A stretch of DNA of 64,000 nucleotides, taken from assembly GCA_943787795.1 (NCBI GenBank), contig CALSNU010000002.1, positions 416,001-480,000 of the forward strand. Reading direction: 5' to 3'. Numbering within the stretch: the stretch's first letter is position 1; each line of letters begins with the position of its first letter. Shown one piece after another: positions 8,929 to 18,004 of the stretch. A program made the position numbers and the translations under genes. Below the pieces are notes generated by a model that had not been told where the DNA came from, searched no databases, and saw only the letters and a program-made list of their open reading frames with translations. This DNA is from an uncultured bacterium (GTDB lineage Bacteria > Planctomycetota > UBA1135 > GCA-002686595).

Positions 8929-9921
8929 TCAATCTGTCCCCAGCAGCTGCGCGGGAGCCCCCGGATCGGGGGTCTGGGGCAGGCTCCGCAGCGCGACGAG
9001 CGCCGCTCCGACCACGTTCGAGGCCCGGGGGGCCACGCAGCGAGCCGCAGGAACCCGGCGCTCCACGGCGCGGTGGACGAGCTCCCGGTAGGCCGGGACG
9101 TGCTCGCCGAGCCCCCCCGTCAACGCCACTTCCAGGGCCCCATTCCCGAAGTCCAGGGTCCTTGAGACCGCCTCGACGCACTCTGCGAGGCCATCCGCGC
9201 CCTCCTTGAGCAGTCCGAGGGCCACCGAATCGCCGGCATCTGCTGCCTCTGTCACGAGGCGCGCCAGCGCCGCGCGGCGGGACCGCACCTGGGTCCCGCT
9301 ATCGATGACCGGGAGCAGCTCGCGCATCTGTCCAAGTCCCAGGGTCTCCATCACCCTCGCCTCGAGCGCGGTGGCCGGCCCGCGTCCATCAAAGGCCCTG
9401 ATGGCCGCAATCATCGCTCCGGTCCCAAGCCAGGTCGCGCTCCCCACGTCATCCAGGAGGCTCCCCCAGCCCCCGCACTGGAACGTGCGCCCCGATCCGT
9501 CTCGGCCGTAGCAGGAGCTCCCGGTCCCGGCGATCAGGACGATCCCATCGCCGCCACCGAGCCCCCCGGCGAGGGCACCCACGAGATCGATGTCCACCGC
9601 GACCGCGCCGGGGGCCCCGATGCCGACCCTGGTGACCACGTCACGGACCGCCTCTCGGTTCCCAGGGGTCCCGACGCTCGCCATGGCGCAGAACACCGAA
9701 TCGGCCCGTCGCGGTTCGGCCCCGGCAGCGGCCCAGGCTTCACGCCAGGCCTCCTCCAGGTGCGACGCGAGCCGCGCCTCGCCCACGTCGTGGAGGTTGC
9801 CGCTCCCGCTCTGACCCTGGCCAAGTCTCCGACCGTCCCCGCCGACCAGCAGGACGCGAGTGCTCGTCCCGCCGCCGTCGATCCCGACGGCGACCGCCCC
9901 TGAGAGTGCCGACTCAGTCAC
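8929..9921 (-). CDS. BadF/BadG/BcrA/BcrD-type N-acetylglucosamine kinase-like ATPase
   Basis: GIDGGGTST, IAGTGS, GGWGSLLDDVGS, LTGG motifs. Confidence 0.9.
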   Translation of the reverse strand: MTESALSGAVAVGIDGGGTSTRVLLVGGDGRRLGQGQSGSGNLHDVGEARLASHLEEAWREAWAAAGAEPRRADSVFCAMASVGTPGNREAVRDVVTRVGIGAPGAVAVDIDLVGALAGGLGGGDGIVLIAGTGSSCYGRDGSGRTFQCGGWGSLLDDVGSATWLGTGAMIAAIRAFDGRGPATALEARVMETLGLGQMRELLPVIDSGTQVRSRRAALARLVTEAADAGDSVALGLLKEGADGLAECVEAVSRTLDFGNGALEVALTGGLGEHVPAYRELVHRAVERRVPAARCVAPRASNVVGAALVALRSLPQTPDPGAPAQLLGTD

Positions 9922-11044
9922 CGGACCCCAGCGCCTCGAGCGCTTGAGTCACCCGCGCACGGTCAGGGTCAAGCTCGAGGGAGCGCTCGTACGCGACTCG
10001 CGCCTCGGCTGATCGACCGAGCTTCGCCAGCACGTTGCCACGGTGGTAGGCGACGCGCGCGAGGCTCGGCATCAGGTCGCCCAGGGGGTCCGCGAGCTCG
10101 TACTCCTCGAGGTCCGAGAGCGCGCGCTCCAGCTCGAACTCGCCGCTCGACCGCGCCTTCGCGGCCTGGTACATCGCCTGGAAGGAGCGCTGGGTCCTGG
10201 GCTCCTCGACGAGCCGATCAAACTCGGCCGCCGCGCCGCGCCACTCGTCCTTCTTGGACAGCAATTCGCCAACGTTGTAGATCACGTCAGGGTCGTCCGG
10301 GCGGCCCTCCTGCAGCGCGCGGAACCCGGCGAGCGCCTCGTCGATGCGCTCATCGTCCCCGACCAGCAGCTGGACCTCCCAGAAGTCGCGGCGGAAGGCG
10401 TCGAACTCCCCGAGCTCCTCGATCAGCCCCCTGGCCTTCTTCTTGTTCCCGATGGGCCACGGTCCAAAGGCGTAGACGATGATCTGGCGCACGCGCGCGT
10501 CCACGTTGGAGGGGTCGAGGGCGACCGCTGCGGCCAGCTCCGACTGGTAGCGCTTCACATCGTCGAGGGCGCCCACCATGGCAGCCACGCCACCCGTCTC
10601 GGCCTCCTTCACGACCCTCGCCATGATCGTCTCCGCGAGGATGAAGTGCGCCTGACTGTTCCCCGGGAGGCGCTCCACTCCCGTCTCCGCGAGCTCGAAG
10701 GCGCGGTCGAGGTCGCCAGTCATCCGGTTCCCCTCGGCGAGCAGGACCGTGAGGAGCCCCTGCTCCTCGCCGATCGCCTGGGCCAGGGCAGCCTCCACAC
10801 GCACGATCACCGCCTCCATCGCCACGCGATCCACCATCTCGCGGAGCCCCTCGAGATCGGGGAGGGGACGGGCGTCATCGCTCAAGTCCAGCTCGATGGC
10901 GCGGGCGCCAGAGCCGCTCGCGCGCGCGGCCTCAATCTCCTCGGCGCTGAGGTCCGTCGAGTCCGCCCCGGCCTTCATCCAGACGGCGAAGCTGACGATC
11001 GAGAGGACGATGAGCCCCAGGAGGAAGGTGATGAAGCGAGCCAT
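9914..11044 (-). CDS. Membrane-anchored tetratricopeptide-repeat protein
   Basis: N-terminal TM helix from MARFITF; TPR helices (AYHRGNVLAKLGRSAEARVAYERSLELDP). Confidence 0.75.
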   Translation of the reverse strand: MARFITFLLGLIVLSIVSFAVWMKAGADSTDLSAEEIEAARASGSGARAIELDLSDDARPLPDLEGLREMVDRVAMEAVIVRVEAALAQAIGEEQGLLTVLLAEGNRMTGDLDRAFELAETGVERLPGNSQAHFILAETIMARVVKEAETGGVAAMVGALDDVKRYQSELAAAVALDPSNVDARVRQIIVYAFGPWPIGNKKKARGLIEELGEFDAFRRDFWEVQLLVGDDERIDEALAGFRALQEGRPDDPDVIYNVGELLSKKDEWRGAAAEFDRLVEEPRTQRSFQAMYQAAKARSSGEFELERALSDLEEYELADPLGDLMPSLARVAYHRGNVLAKLGRSAEARVAYERSLELDPDRARVTQALEALGSGD

Positions 11045-11082
11045 GGGCGGAGGATAGGCGACCGGCGCCGGGTTCAGACCGG

Positions 11083-12411
11083 CTAGTCGCGCTCCAATCC
11101 GGACTCTGACGGCGAGTCCCGCCAGGTGGGGACCTCCGGGCGCGGAATCCAATCGACCCCATAAAGGGAGGCGAAGGTCGGCGCGAGGCGGTCGTCGGTG
11201 AGGGAGAGGTGGAAGCCGACCGGGCTCGGGCCGAGGTCCTTGCCTCGACCGTTGAAGGTCGTCCGGCCCCAGCGGGTCCCGACGGCGACGAGCTCGAGAG
11301 CCTCGAACGAGCGGTCCTCGAGATCCAGAGTCGCCGTGCCGAGGAGCTCGCACTCGAGGCCGTGGGGGATCCTCCGCCGGGGGGTCCAGTTGTTGTCCCC
11401 CAGGAGCCAGGTGTCCGCCGATCTCGCCTTCGTGCTCCCGGAGAGCTCGACCGTCACCTTCGGGCCGTTCACCTCCACCACTCGACCAACGAGCCGCGCG
11501 CGCTCGATCTCCGCCGGGGCGTAGGGGAGGGTCTGCCCGCGAGCGTCGTCCACGAGGGCGTACCGCGCCAACCGGTCGGCCAGCGGCTGAAGGTCGATGC
11601 CCTCCGGTCCTGCAGGTCCAAAGAGGACATCCGCGAGGTCGGGCAGCATCGCCTTCACCTCCCCCTTCGAGTACCACACGGTGTCCCGGTTCCAGCGGTT
11701 CGAGGGGCTCGCGCTCAGCCCCTCGGGGGAGAGGTCGCGTGAGATCCTCGAGAGGGCCAGGCCGCCCTCGGGGAAGCCGTCCTCCCAGCGGTGAGCGGGG
11801 GCGCGATCCGCCTCGGGGTCCAGCCGCCGCTCGTCCTCGGTCAGGTCACCCCAGCGCTCCAGGGCCGCGTCAAGCATGGCGCCCACCCGCTCCGGCGAGC
11901 GGGAGTTGATGCGCCCGAGCACCTTGCCTCCAGGCGAGAAGACCCAGAAGCCCTGACGGGTCCCGCCGTCGGTGATGCGCTTGCCGCCGTTGCTCCAGCG
12001 CTGGAACAGGACGCAGTCGTCCTCGGATCCTCGCTGGAGGCGCCAGACCTCGTCCGCGGCGCAGGTGAAGCGGGCCGCCCGCTCGACGACCTCCTCGGTG
12101 AAGACAGACCTCCGGTCCGCCAGGCCATTGCCTCACGTGCACCCGAGCGGGTGCCCATTCATCAGCCAGAGCAGGAGCGGCCGCTCCTGCTCGCTCGCTC
12201 GCCGCACCCCGTCCATGAAGGTCGGCTCCCAGGCGATCTGAGCGAAGCGCAGGTCAGCCGCACCGGGCAGCAGGTGCGCGCGCCAATCCTCAAGGTCGAC
12301 GCGTCGCAGGAGGGGGCTGTCGACCTGAGATCCCGGGGGCGCCTCTGCAGGCAACGGCTGAGCCGGCGGCTCCTGCTGGAGCGCCGCCACGAGGAGGGAC
12401 GTGATGAGCAT
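11083..12411 (-). CDS. Predicted secreted selenoprotein, thioredoxin-like fold with C-T-U motif (SELENON-like); in-frame UGA at 12133-12135
   Basis: ORFs 12133..12411 and 11083..11922 are in the same frame and separated only by one TGA: LLLWLMNGHPLGCT-U-GNGLADRRSVF; SECIS-like hairpin follows. Confidence 0.75.
12103..12121 (-). promoter_or_regulatory. Putative bacterial SECIS hairpin
   Basis: UGA + 11 nt + GGCGGACC-GGA-GGUCUGUC (8-bp stem with two G-U pairs, G-initiated loop). Confidence 0.65.
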
Positions 12412-12469
12412 GGGGCGAGCCTACTCGCTCACCCGCCTTCCGTCGAAGGGGCGTTCGGCGCCAGCCCGC

Positions 12470-14086
12470 TCAGTCCATGTGCGCGACGACGCGCTCGTCG
12501 CCCATCTGGAGCTTGAGCGCCACGCGCTGCGCGACCTTGCCGAAGAGGTTCTCCCACGTGCGGATGAAGCCCTTGACGGAGACGCGGCGGATGAAGTCCA
12601 CCGTCGTCCAGTAGCGCGGGCCGCGCAGCCCCTGGGCCTTGGCGTAGAGCTTGGCCTGCTCGGACACCATCCACTCGCTGTGGAGCATGTACATGATCAG
12701 GTAGAGCCGGCTCAGCCAGATCTGACGGATCATCGGCTTGATGAAGCGCATCATCCACGGGTTGCGGATGACGATCGGGAACAGCTTGTGGAGGTTCTCG
12801 ATCTGCCGCTTGTTCTCGAACTCGATGGACGAGGTCCGGTTGAACTTCACGGGGAAGTCGTCGTAGGCGGCGACCGCGTAGCCCATGTCCTCGGTCATCT
12901 CCTCGATGTCGAACATGGGGTACGGCTGCATGATCGAGACCAGCGGGTGGTCGACCTTGCAGCGAATGTTCAGCTCCACCGTCTCCAGCTCGTCGTCGAG
13001 CGAGGCGCCGGGCCCACCGAGCATGTTCAGGGAGCCGAGGCGGATGTCGTGCTCCTTGATCCAGCGCGCGGAGTCCTCGAGCTGCTGGAGCGTCGTGTTC
13101 TTGCGGAAGACGGCGTTACGGATGTAGTCGTTGGCCGACTCGAAGGCGATCCGCGCGTAGACGCAGCCTGCCTTCTTGAGCTTCTCGATGTGGTGCTCCC
13201 GCGTCATGTTCGCCATCAGGATGACGTCGAAGGGGAGCCCCACCTCCTTGGGGTACTTCTCGCAGAACTCGTCGAGCCACTTGCCCGAGAGGTTGAAGAT
13301 GTCGTCGAGGAAGTGGACGAACTTCAGGTTGTACTTGTCGCGGACGTCCTTGATCTCGGCGATCACGTGGTCGACGGTCCGCTTGCGCACGTACTTGGCA
13401 TTCGTGGTCCCGACCACCTTCTTCTTCAGCGCGTGGTGGAAGCAGAAGGAGCAGTTCATCGGGCAGCCGCGCTGGGTCACAAAGACCTTGCGGTCACTCT
13501 CTCGATAGAGGGACCCCGCGTCGTAGACGATGGAGCGATCGGGGAAGCCAAGAGAGTCCAGGTCCTGCACCGGCGGGCGCTGGGAGTTCTTCTGGATCTC
13601 ACCGGTCTCCCGGTCGCGGAACCACATGTTCTGAACGAACTGGTAGTCATCCCCTGCGGCGAGCAGGTCCAACAACTCCACGGTCGCCATCTCGCCCTCA
13701 CCGCGGCAGATCGCGTCCACGTGATCGTTGAGCTCGATCACCTCGGGGCTGAAGGTGGGGTGCGGTCCTCCGAAGAGGATGAACACGTCGGGGAGCTCGG
13801 TGCGGATGCGCTTCGCGATGTCCAGGAAGTACAGGTGCATCCCGGTGGTCACCGAGAAGCACACGACGTCGGGCTCGTAGTCCTTCGTCTTCTGGATCCA
13901 GTCGGTGTCCGGCAGGAAGAGCGCCTGCGCCTGGTGCCCCGCGTCCTTGATCGAGCGGCTCAGCCACATGAGCCCGAGCATCTCCTGCGGGAGATAGTCG
14001 TTGATGAAGAGGACCTTCATCGACTTGACCGGGCTCCTGGAGGTGATCGCCGTGGCCGTCTCGGGGCCGATATCGGTGAGCGTCAT
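12470..14086 (-). CDS. Cobalamin (B12)-binding radical SAM protein
   Basis: PDVVCFS, GGPHPT, GEGE B12-binding region; RGCPMNCSFC CxxxCxxC; alternative start at 14020. Confidence 0.92.
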   Translation of the reverse strand: MTLTDIGPETATAITSRSPVKSMKVLFINDYLPQEMLGLMWLSRSIKDAGHQAQALFLPDTDWIQKTKDYEPDVVCFSVTTGMHLYFLDIAKRIRTELPDVFILFGGPHPTFSPEVIELNDHVDAICRGEGEMATVELLDLLAAGDDYQFVQNMWFRDRETGEIQKNSQRPPVQDLDSLGFPDRSIVYDAGSLYRESDRKVFVTQRGCPMNCSFCFHHALKKKVVGTTNAKYVRKRTVDHVIAEIKDVRDKYNLKFVHFLDDIFNLSGKWLDEFCEKYPKEVGLPFDVILMANMTREHHIEKLKKAGCVYARIAFESANDYIRNAVFRKNTTLQQLEDSARWIKEHDIRLGSLNMLGGPGASLDDELETVELNIRCKVDHPLVSIMQPYPMFDIEEMTEDMGYAVAAYDDFPVKFNRTSSIEFENKRQIENLHKLFPIVIRNPWMMRFIKPMIRQIWLSRLYLIMYMLHSEWMVSEQAKLYAKAQGLRGPRYWTTVDFIRRVSVKGFIRTWENLFGKVAQRVALKLQMGDERVVAHMD

Positions 14087-14299
14087 GGGGTGCGAGGCGT
14101 GGGGTGGCGAGTGGCCAATTGGGGCTCAGTACCCCCCGGGAAAGCGTCCGGCTACAGCGCGGCGCGACGGAGGTGACTCTCCAATGTTATCGGCATGTGA
14201 GCACCCGGGGCCTGCGGTACAGAAAACCAGGAACCGCTCGATCATGCCCTGAGAGGTCGAGCGCTCCACGAATGAGACGGTCCGGGGCTCGCCAGCCGT

Positions 14300-15463
14300 T
14301 CAGGCCCGCCCTGCGGCGCCTTCGAGGAGCTCCTCGACCCGCGCGAACGTCCGCTCCCGATCGAACCTCCCCTCCCGATGGTGAGCCGCCTCCACGAATC
14401 TCGCCCCCAAAGCGGGATCTGCAAGGATGCGACCCATCGCCACCGCCAGCCCCTCGGGATCCGAGGGGTCCACCAGCAAGCCGTTGACGCCGTCCTCCAC
14501 CACCTCCGGGTTGCCGCACACGCCGCTGGCGATCATCGGCGTGCCGATGGCCTGCACCTCGAGCAAGGTGTGGGAGAGCCCCTCGTACTCGCTGTTGAGG
14601 ACGAACACATCCGCGGCGCGAATGAGGAGCGGGATCCGCTCGTGGGGCACGTTGCCGAGGAAGCGCACCCGCGCCTCCACCCCCAGCTCCCGCGCGAGCG
14701 CCTCCCAGGGCTCCTGCATGTCGCCGTCCCCGGCCACGAGGAGGACCACGTCCTCGTCCAGCCGGGCGAGGGCGCGGATGATGCCGTCCACGCGCTTCCA
14801 TCCCATGAGTCGGCAAATGGTCAGGGCGTACCGGCAGCCACCCTCAAGGCCCAGCGAGGCCCTCGCGGACTCCCGCGTCTCGGGGACATCGCTGGATCGC
14901 GGCCCGTGGTACGCGTTGAGCACCGTCACGGCCTTGTCGGCGGGTACGCCGTGCTCCTTCACCAGGATGCCCCGCAGGAACTCGGAGCAGCAGATGATGC
15001 GCGAGGTCCAGCTCCACCAACGTCGCTGGAGCGCACGGGTGAGCCCGACCTTCCAGCCATAGGAGCGCCCCTGGAAGGTGACAATGTCATCGCCGCGCGC
15101 CCAACCCTTGCGGTGGGCGATCTCCCACGCACCGTCCACCATGATCCGGATCACCACGGGCCGCCGCCGCAGCCGAGCGGCGAGGACGTGGAGCAGGGCA
15201 AGGTGCTCCTGTACGTAGACCACGTCCGCCCACGCCGCCGCGCGCAGCACCGCGAAGAAGGCGCGCACGTAGCGAATCGGCAGGGGGCCGCGCGGAATCG
15301 CCTCGACCGGGAACGGGTGTCCCTCTGGCTGGCCGTCGCTGCAGAACGCGATCACCCGGACCTCATGGCCGCGGTCCACGAGGAAGCGACCGATGCTCGG
15401 CACATAGACCGCCGGCCCGCCGAGGTCGGGCGGGAACACAGGAGACGTGATGAGGACGCGCAT
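14300..15463 (-). CDS. Glycosyltransferase family 4 (GT-B)
   Basis: FPPDLGG N-terminus; RL..WKRVD; ADVFVLNSEYEGLSHTLLE (EX7E). Confidence 0.92.
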   Translation of the reverse strand: MRVLITSPVFPPDLGGPAVYVPSIGRFLVDRGHEVRVIAFCSDGQPEGHPFPVEAIPRGPLPIRYVRAFFAVLRAAAWADVVYVQEHLALLHVLAARLRRRPVVIRIMVDGAWEIAHRKGWARGDDIVTFQGRSYGWKVGLTRALQRRWWSWTSRIICCSEFLRGILVKEHGVPADKAVTVLNAYHGPRSSDVPETRESARASLGLEGGCRYALTICRLMGWKRVDGIIRALARLDEDVVLLVAGDGDMQEPWEALARELGVEARVRFLGNVPHERIPLLIRAADVFVLNSEYEGLSHTLLEVQAIGTPMIASGVCGNPEVVEDGVNGLLVDPSDPEGLAVAMGRILADPALGARFVEAAHHREGRFDRERTFARVEELLEGAAGRA

Positions 15464-15536
15464 GGGGAGGGGGAGGCTCGCTGTAAGCAGCCTTGGGAGT
15501 CTAGTCCGCGGCCGCCTCAGCCCGCAGCGGCGCCCC

Positions 15537-15620
15537 GTGTCTCGGGTTCAAGGACAGGGAGTGTCTCCGGTTGAAGGCCCGTGCCTTCGGTTGAAGGCCC
15601 GTATCTCCGGTTGAGAGACG
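15537..15620. repeat. Four imperfect 20-bp direct repeats (GTGTCTCCGGTTGAAGGCCC)
   Basis: Units at 15537, 15561, 15581 and 15601 in the intergenic region upstream of the GT4 gene. Confidence 0.8.
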
Positions 15621-15633
15621 GGGAGACGCCAGC

Positions 15634-16137
15634 TCAGACGTGCATCAACCAAGACCCGCCCTCGGCGGGCTCCGGCCCCGCGACCAGCGGTCCATCCACG
15701 TCGAAGATGTCGAGGGCAGCGCTCCGCTCCAGGCACGTCCGGATCGCTCCCATGAGCTCCCGCGGCTCCGGGGGCTTCTCGAACCACTGGTGCATCCCCA
15801 TCACGAGCAACCGCATCAGCTCCGTCCGTGAGCGGGGCGCCGAGACGACGATGATCGGCGCCTGAGCCAGGTGGTCCAGGCCGCTCAGCACCTCAAGCAG
15901 CTGTTCGCCCCAGGCGCCCGGCAGGTCCAGGTCCATCACGATGGCGTCGATCTCCGGGTGCGAGCTGGCGCAGTCCAGGACCGCAATGGCGTCCTCACAG
16001 ACCAGCGGCCGGTGGCCCAGCGCCTTCACGAGGGAGGCGTAGTGCTCGCGCGTCTCGGGATCTTTCTCTGCGATGAGGACCTTCTGCATGGCTCGTCTGA
16101 ATGGGCTGGGCGTGGCGCCGTTCTCGGCCGCGTTCAT
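15634..16137 (-). CDS. Single-domain response regulator (receiver)
   Basis: KVLIAEKD, IVMDLDLP, PIIVVSA, FEKP; start uncertain. Confidence 0.8.
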   Translation of the reverse strand: MNAAENGATPSPFRRAMQKVLIAEKDPETREHYASLVKALGHRPLVCEDAIAVLDCASSHPEIDAIVMDLDLPGAWGEQLLEVLSGLDHLAQAPIIVVSAPRSRTELMRLLVMGMHQWFEKPPEPRELMGAIRTCLERSAALDIFDVDGPLVAGPEPAEGGSWLMHV

Positions 16138-16320
16138 CGACCGAGCCGGCAGGGAGCCACGGAGCCAATCCCTGTTACCTCCCACGTGCCTCGTTTTGCC
16201 GCAGCGACCGCGCACCCGCCGTCTCAAATCGAAGACCGGCGAGCCCCCCCTCAGGGAGCTCGCCGGCCTTGTGCTTCCGGGCTATGTCCGGCTCAGGGCC
16301 GCAAGTCAGAGGGTCACGAG

Positions 16321-17799
16321 TCAGACGGAGACGTTGTCCCGCTGCCCTTCGCGCTCGGCCTCGATCTTCCGCAGTCGGTCGAGGGTCACGTCCGGGGTCG
16401 GGTACTCCCCGCTGAAGCACGCGTTGCAGAACTTGGTGATCTTGCGGTTCCCGACGCGCGCCGCCTCATTCATGGCCTCGCGGTCCAGGTAGATCAGCTT
16501 GTCGACGCCGAGCGACTCGGCGATCTCCTCCACGGTCCGGTCCGTCGCGATGAACTCGCGCTTGCTCGCCATGTCCACGCCGTACGGGCACGGCGCGACC
16601 AGCGGGGGGCTCGTGACCCCGAGGTAGACGTTCCGGGCGCCCGCGCTGCGGGCGGTGTCCACGATCCGGCGGGACGTGTTGCCTCGGACCACGGAGTCGT
16701 CCACCAGCAGCACGTCCTTCCCGTCAAACTCGAGCGGGATCGGGTTGAGCTTGCGGCGGATGGAGGAGGTCCGCGCCTTCTGGTTGGGCATGATGAAGGT
16801 CCGCCCGATGTAGCGGTTCTTCACGAGGCCCTCGCGGTAGGGGACCCCGAGCTCCGCGGCGCAGGCCTGCGCCGCGTCACGCGAACTGTCGGGCACGGGG
16901 ATGATCGCGTCCGGCATGGGGGCACCGGCGGCCTTCCACTGCTGGGCGAGCGCGATGCCGAAGCGATGCCGCGTCTTGTAGACGCTGATGTCGTCGATGA
17001 ACGAGTCGGGGCGCGCGAAGTAGACGTACTCGAAGATGCACGGGCGGTGCGGCTGATCGCCGACCTGGCGACGGTGCACCTTGCGGCTGCTATCCACGAA
17101 GATGGCCTCGCCAGGCCCGATGTCGATGGTCCGCTCGTAGCCATTCACGTCGAGCACGACGCTCTCCGAGGCGCACGCAAACCACTCACCGTGTTCATCG
17201 GTCCGCTGGCCAAAGACGGCCGGCTTGATACCGAAGGGGTCGCGGAAGGCGACCATGCCCACGTCGGCGATGGTGGCGCACACGGAGTAGGCGCCCTTGA
17301 CCTCCTTGTAGACCCGATCGACCGCGTAGAAGACGTCGTCCACGGTGACCTCCCCGCCGCTCGCGTTGTAGCGCTCAGCGAGCGCCTCCTGGAAGACGTA
17401 CAGCAGCACCTCGAGATCGCAGGTCGAGTTGAGCCGGGTCATCTTCGACGTGAAGCGCGAGTCTGACAGCTCCACGAAGTTGGTCACGTTGCCGTTGTGG
17501 ACCATCGCCGTCCCGATGGGGAACGTGTGGTGGAAAGGCTGAGCGTCCTCGTTGCGGTTCGCGCCGACGGTTGGGTAGCGGACGTGACCGACGCCCAGGT
17601 GCCCCTTCAGTCGGCTCATGTTCGACTCGTCGAAGACCTCGACCACGAGCCCGAAGCCCTTCTTCACGTTGAAGCGATCCGTGAAGGTCGTGATGCCCGC
17701 AGCATCCTGGCCCCGGTGCTGAACTGCGAGGAGCCCCTCGTAGATCTCAGGCGCCACGTCGACCCCGTCCGGGCCGAAGATTCCGATGAAGCCGCACAT
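16321..17799 (-). CDS. purF: Amidophosphoribosyltransferase
   Basis: MCG N-terminus, QHRGQD, GHVRYPT, HNGN, VLLVDDSVVRG, PCPYG, CNAC. Confidence 0.97.
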   Translation of the reverse strand: MCGFIGIFGPDGVDVAPEIYEGLLAVQHRGQDAAGITTFTDRFNVKKGFGLVVEVFDESNMSRLKGHLGVGHVRYPTVGANRNEDAQPFHHTFPIGTAMVHNGNVTNFVELSDSRFTSKMTRLNSTCDLEVLLYVFQEALAERYNASGGEVTVDDVFYAVDRVYKEVKGAYSVCATIADVGMVAFRDPFGIKPAVFGQRTDEHGEWFACASESVVLDVNGYERTIDIGPGEAIFVDSSRKVHRRQVGDQPHRPCIFEYVYFARPDSFIDDISVYKTRHRFGIALAQQWKAAGAPMPDAIIPVPDSSRDAAQACAAELGVPYREGLVKNRYIGRTFIMPNQKARTSSIRRKLNPIPLEFDGKDVLLVDDSVVRGNTSRRIVDTARSAGARNVYLGVTSPPLVAPCPYGVDMASKREFIATDRTVEEIAESLGVDKLIYLDREAMNEAARVGNRKITKFCNACFSGEYPTPDVTLDRLRKIEAEREGQRDNVSV

Positions 17800-18004
17800 A
17801 GATATCTGTCCCTGGAGTCGCGCTGGTTCTGAGAGTCGGCCGCGACAGGAGCGTGCGCGACCGGGTCGAGAGGGTACCCGGAAAAGGCCCCGCCACTCCC
17901 GCGGCCAGGCGTTTCCTGACCGGAGGGCTGGGATCAATTCGGACGCCGCTCCCGGCCGGCGTCAGCGCCGAGAAGCGCGGGAGGGCGTAAGCTGACGGGG
18001 AAGC

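Noticed and set aside
11045..11677. Long N-terminal extension of the TPR gene (similarly the ORF-track extensions of purF, hemC, the M14 peptidase and the cytochrome)
   Set aside because: Extensions overlap neighbouring genes or are low-complexity; downstream starts match family N-termini and/or -10 boxes
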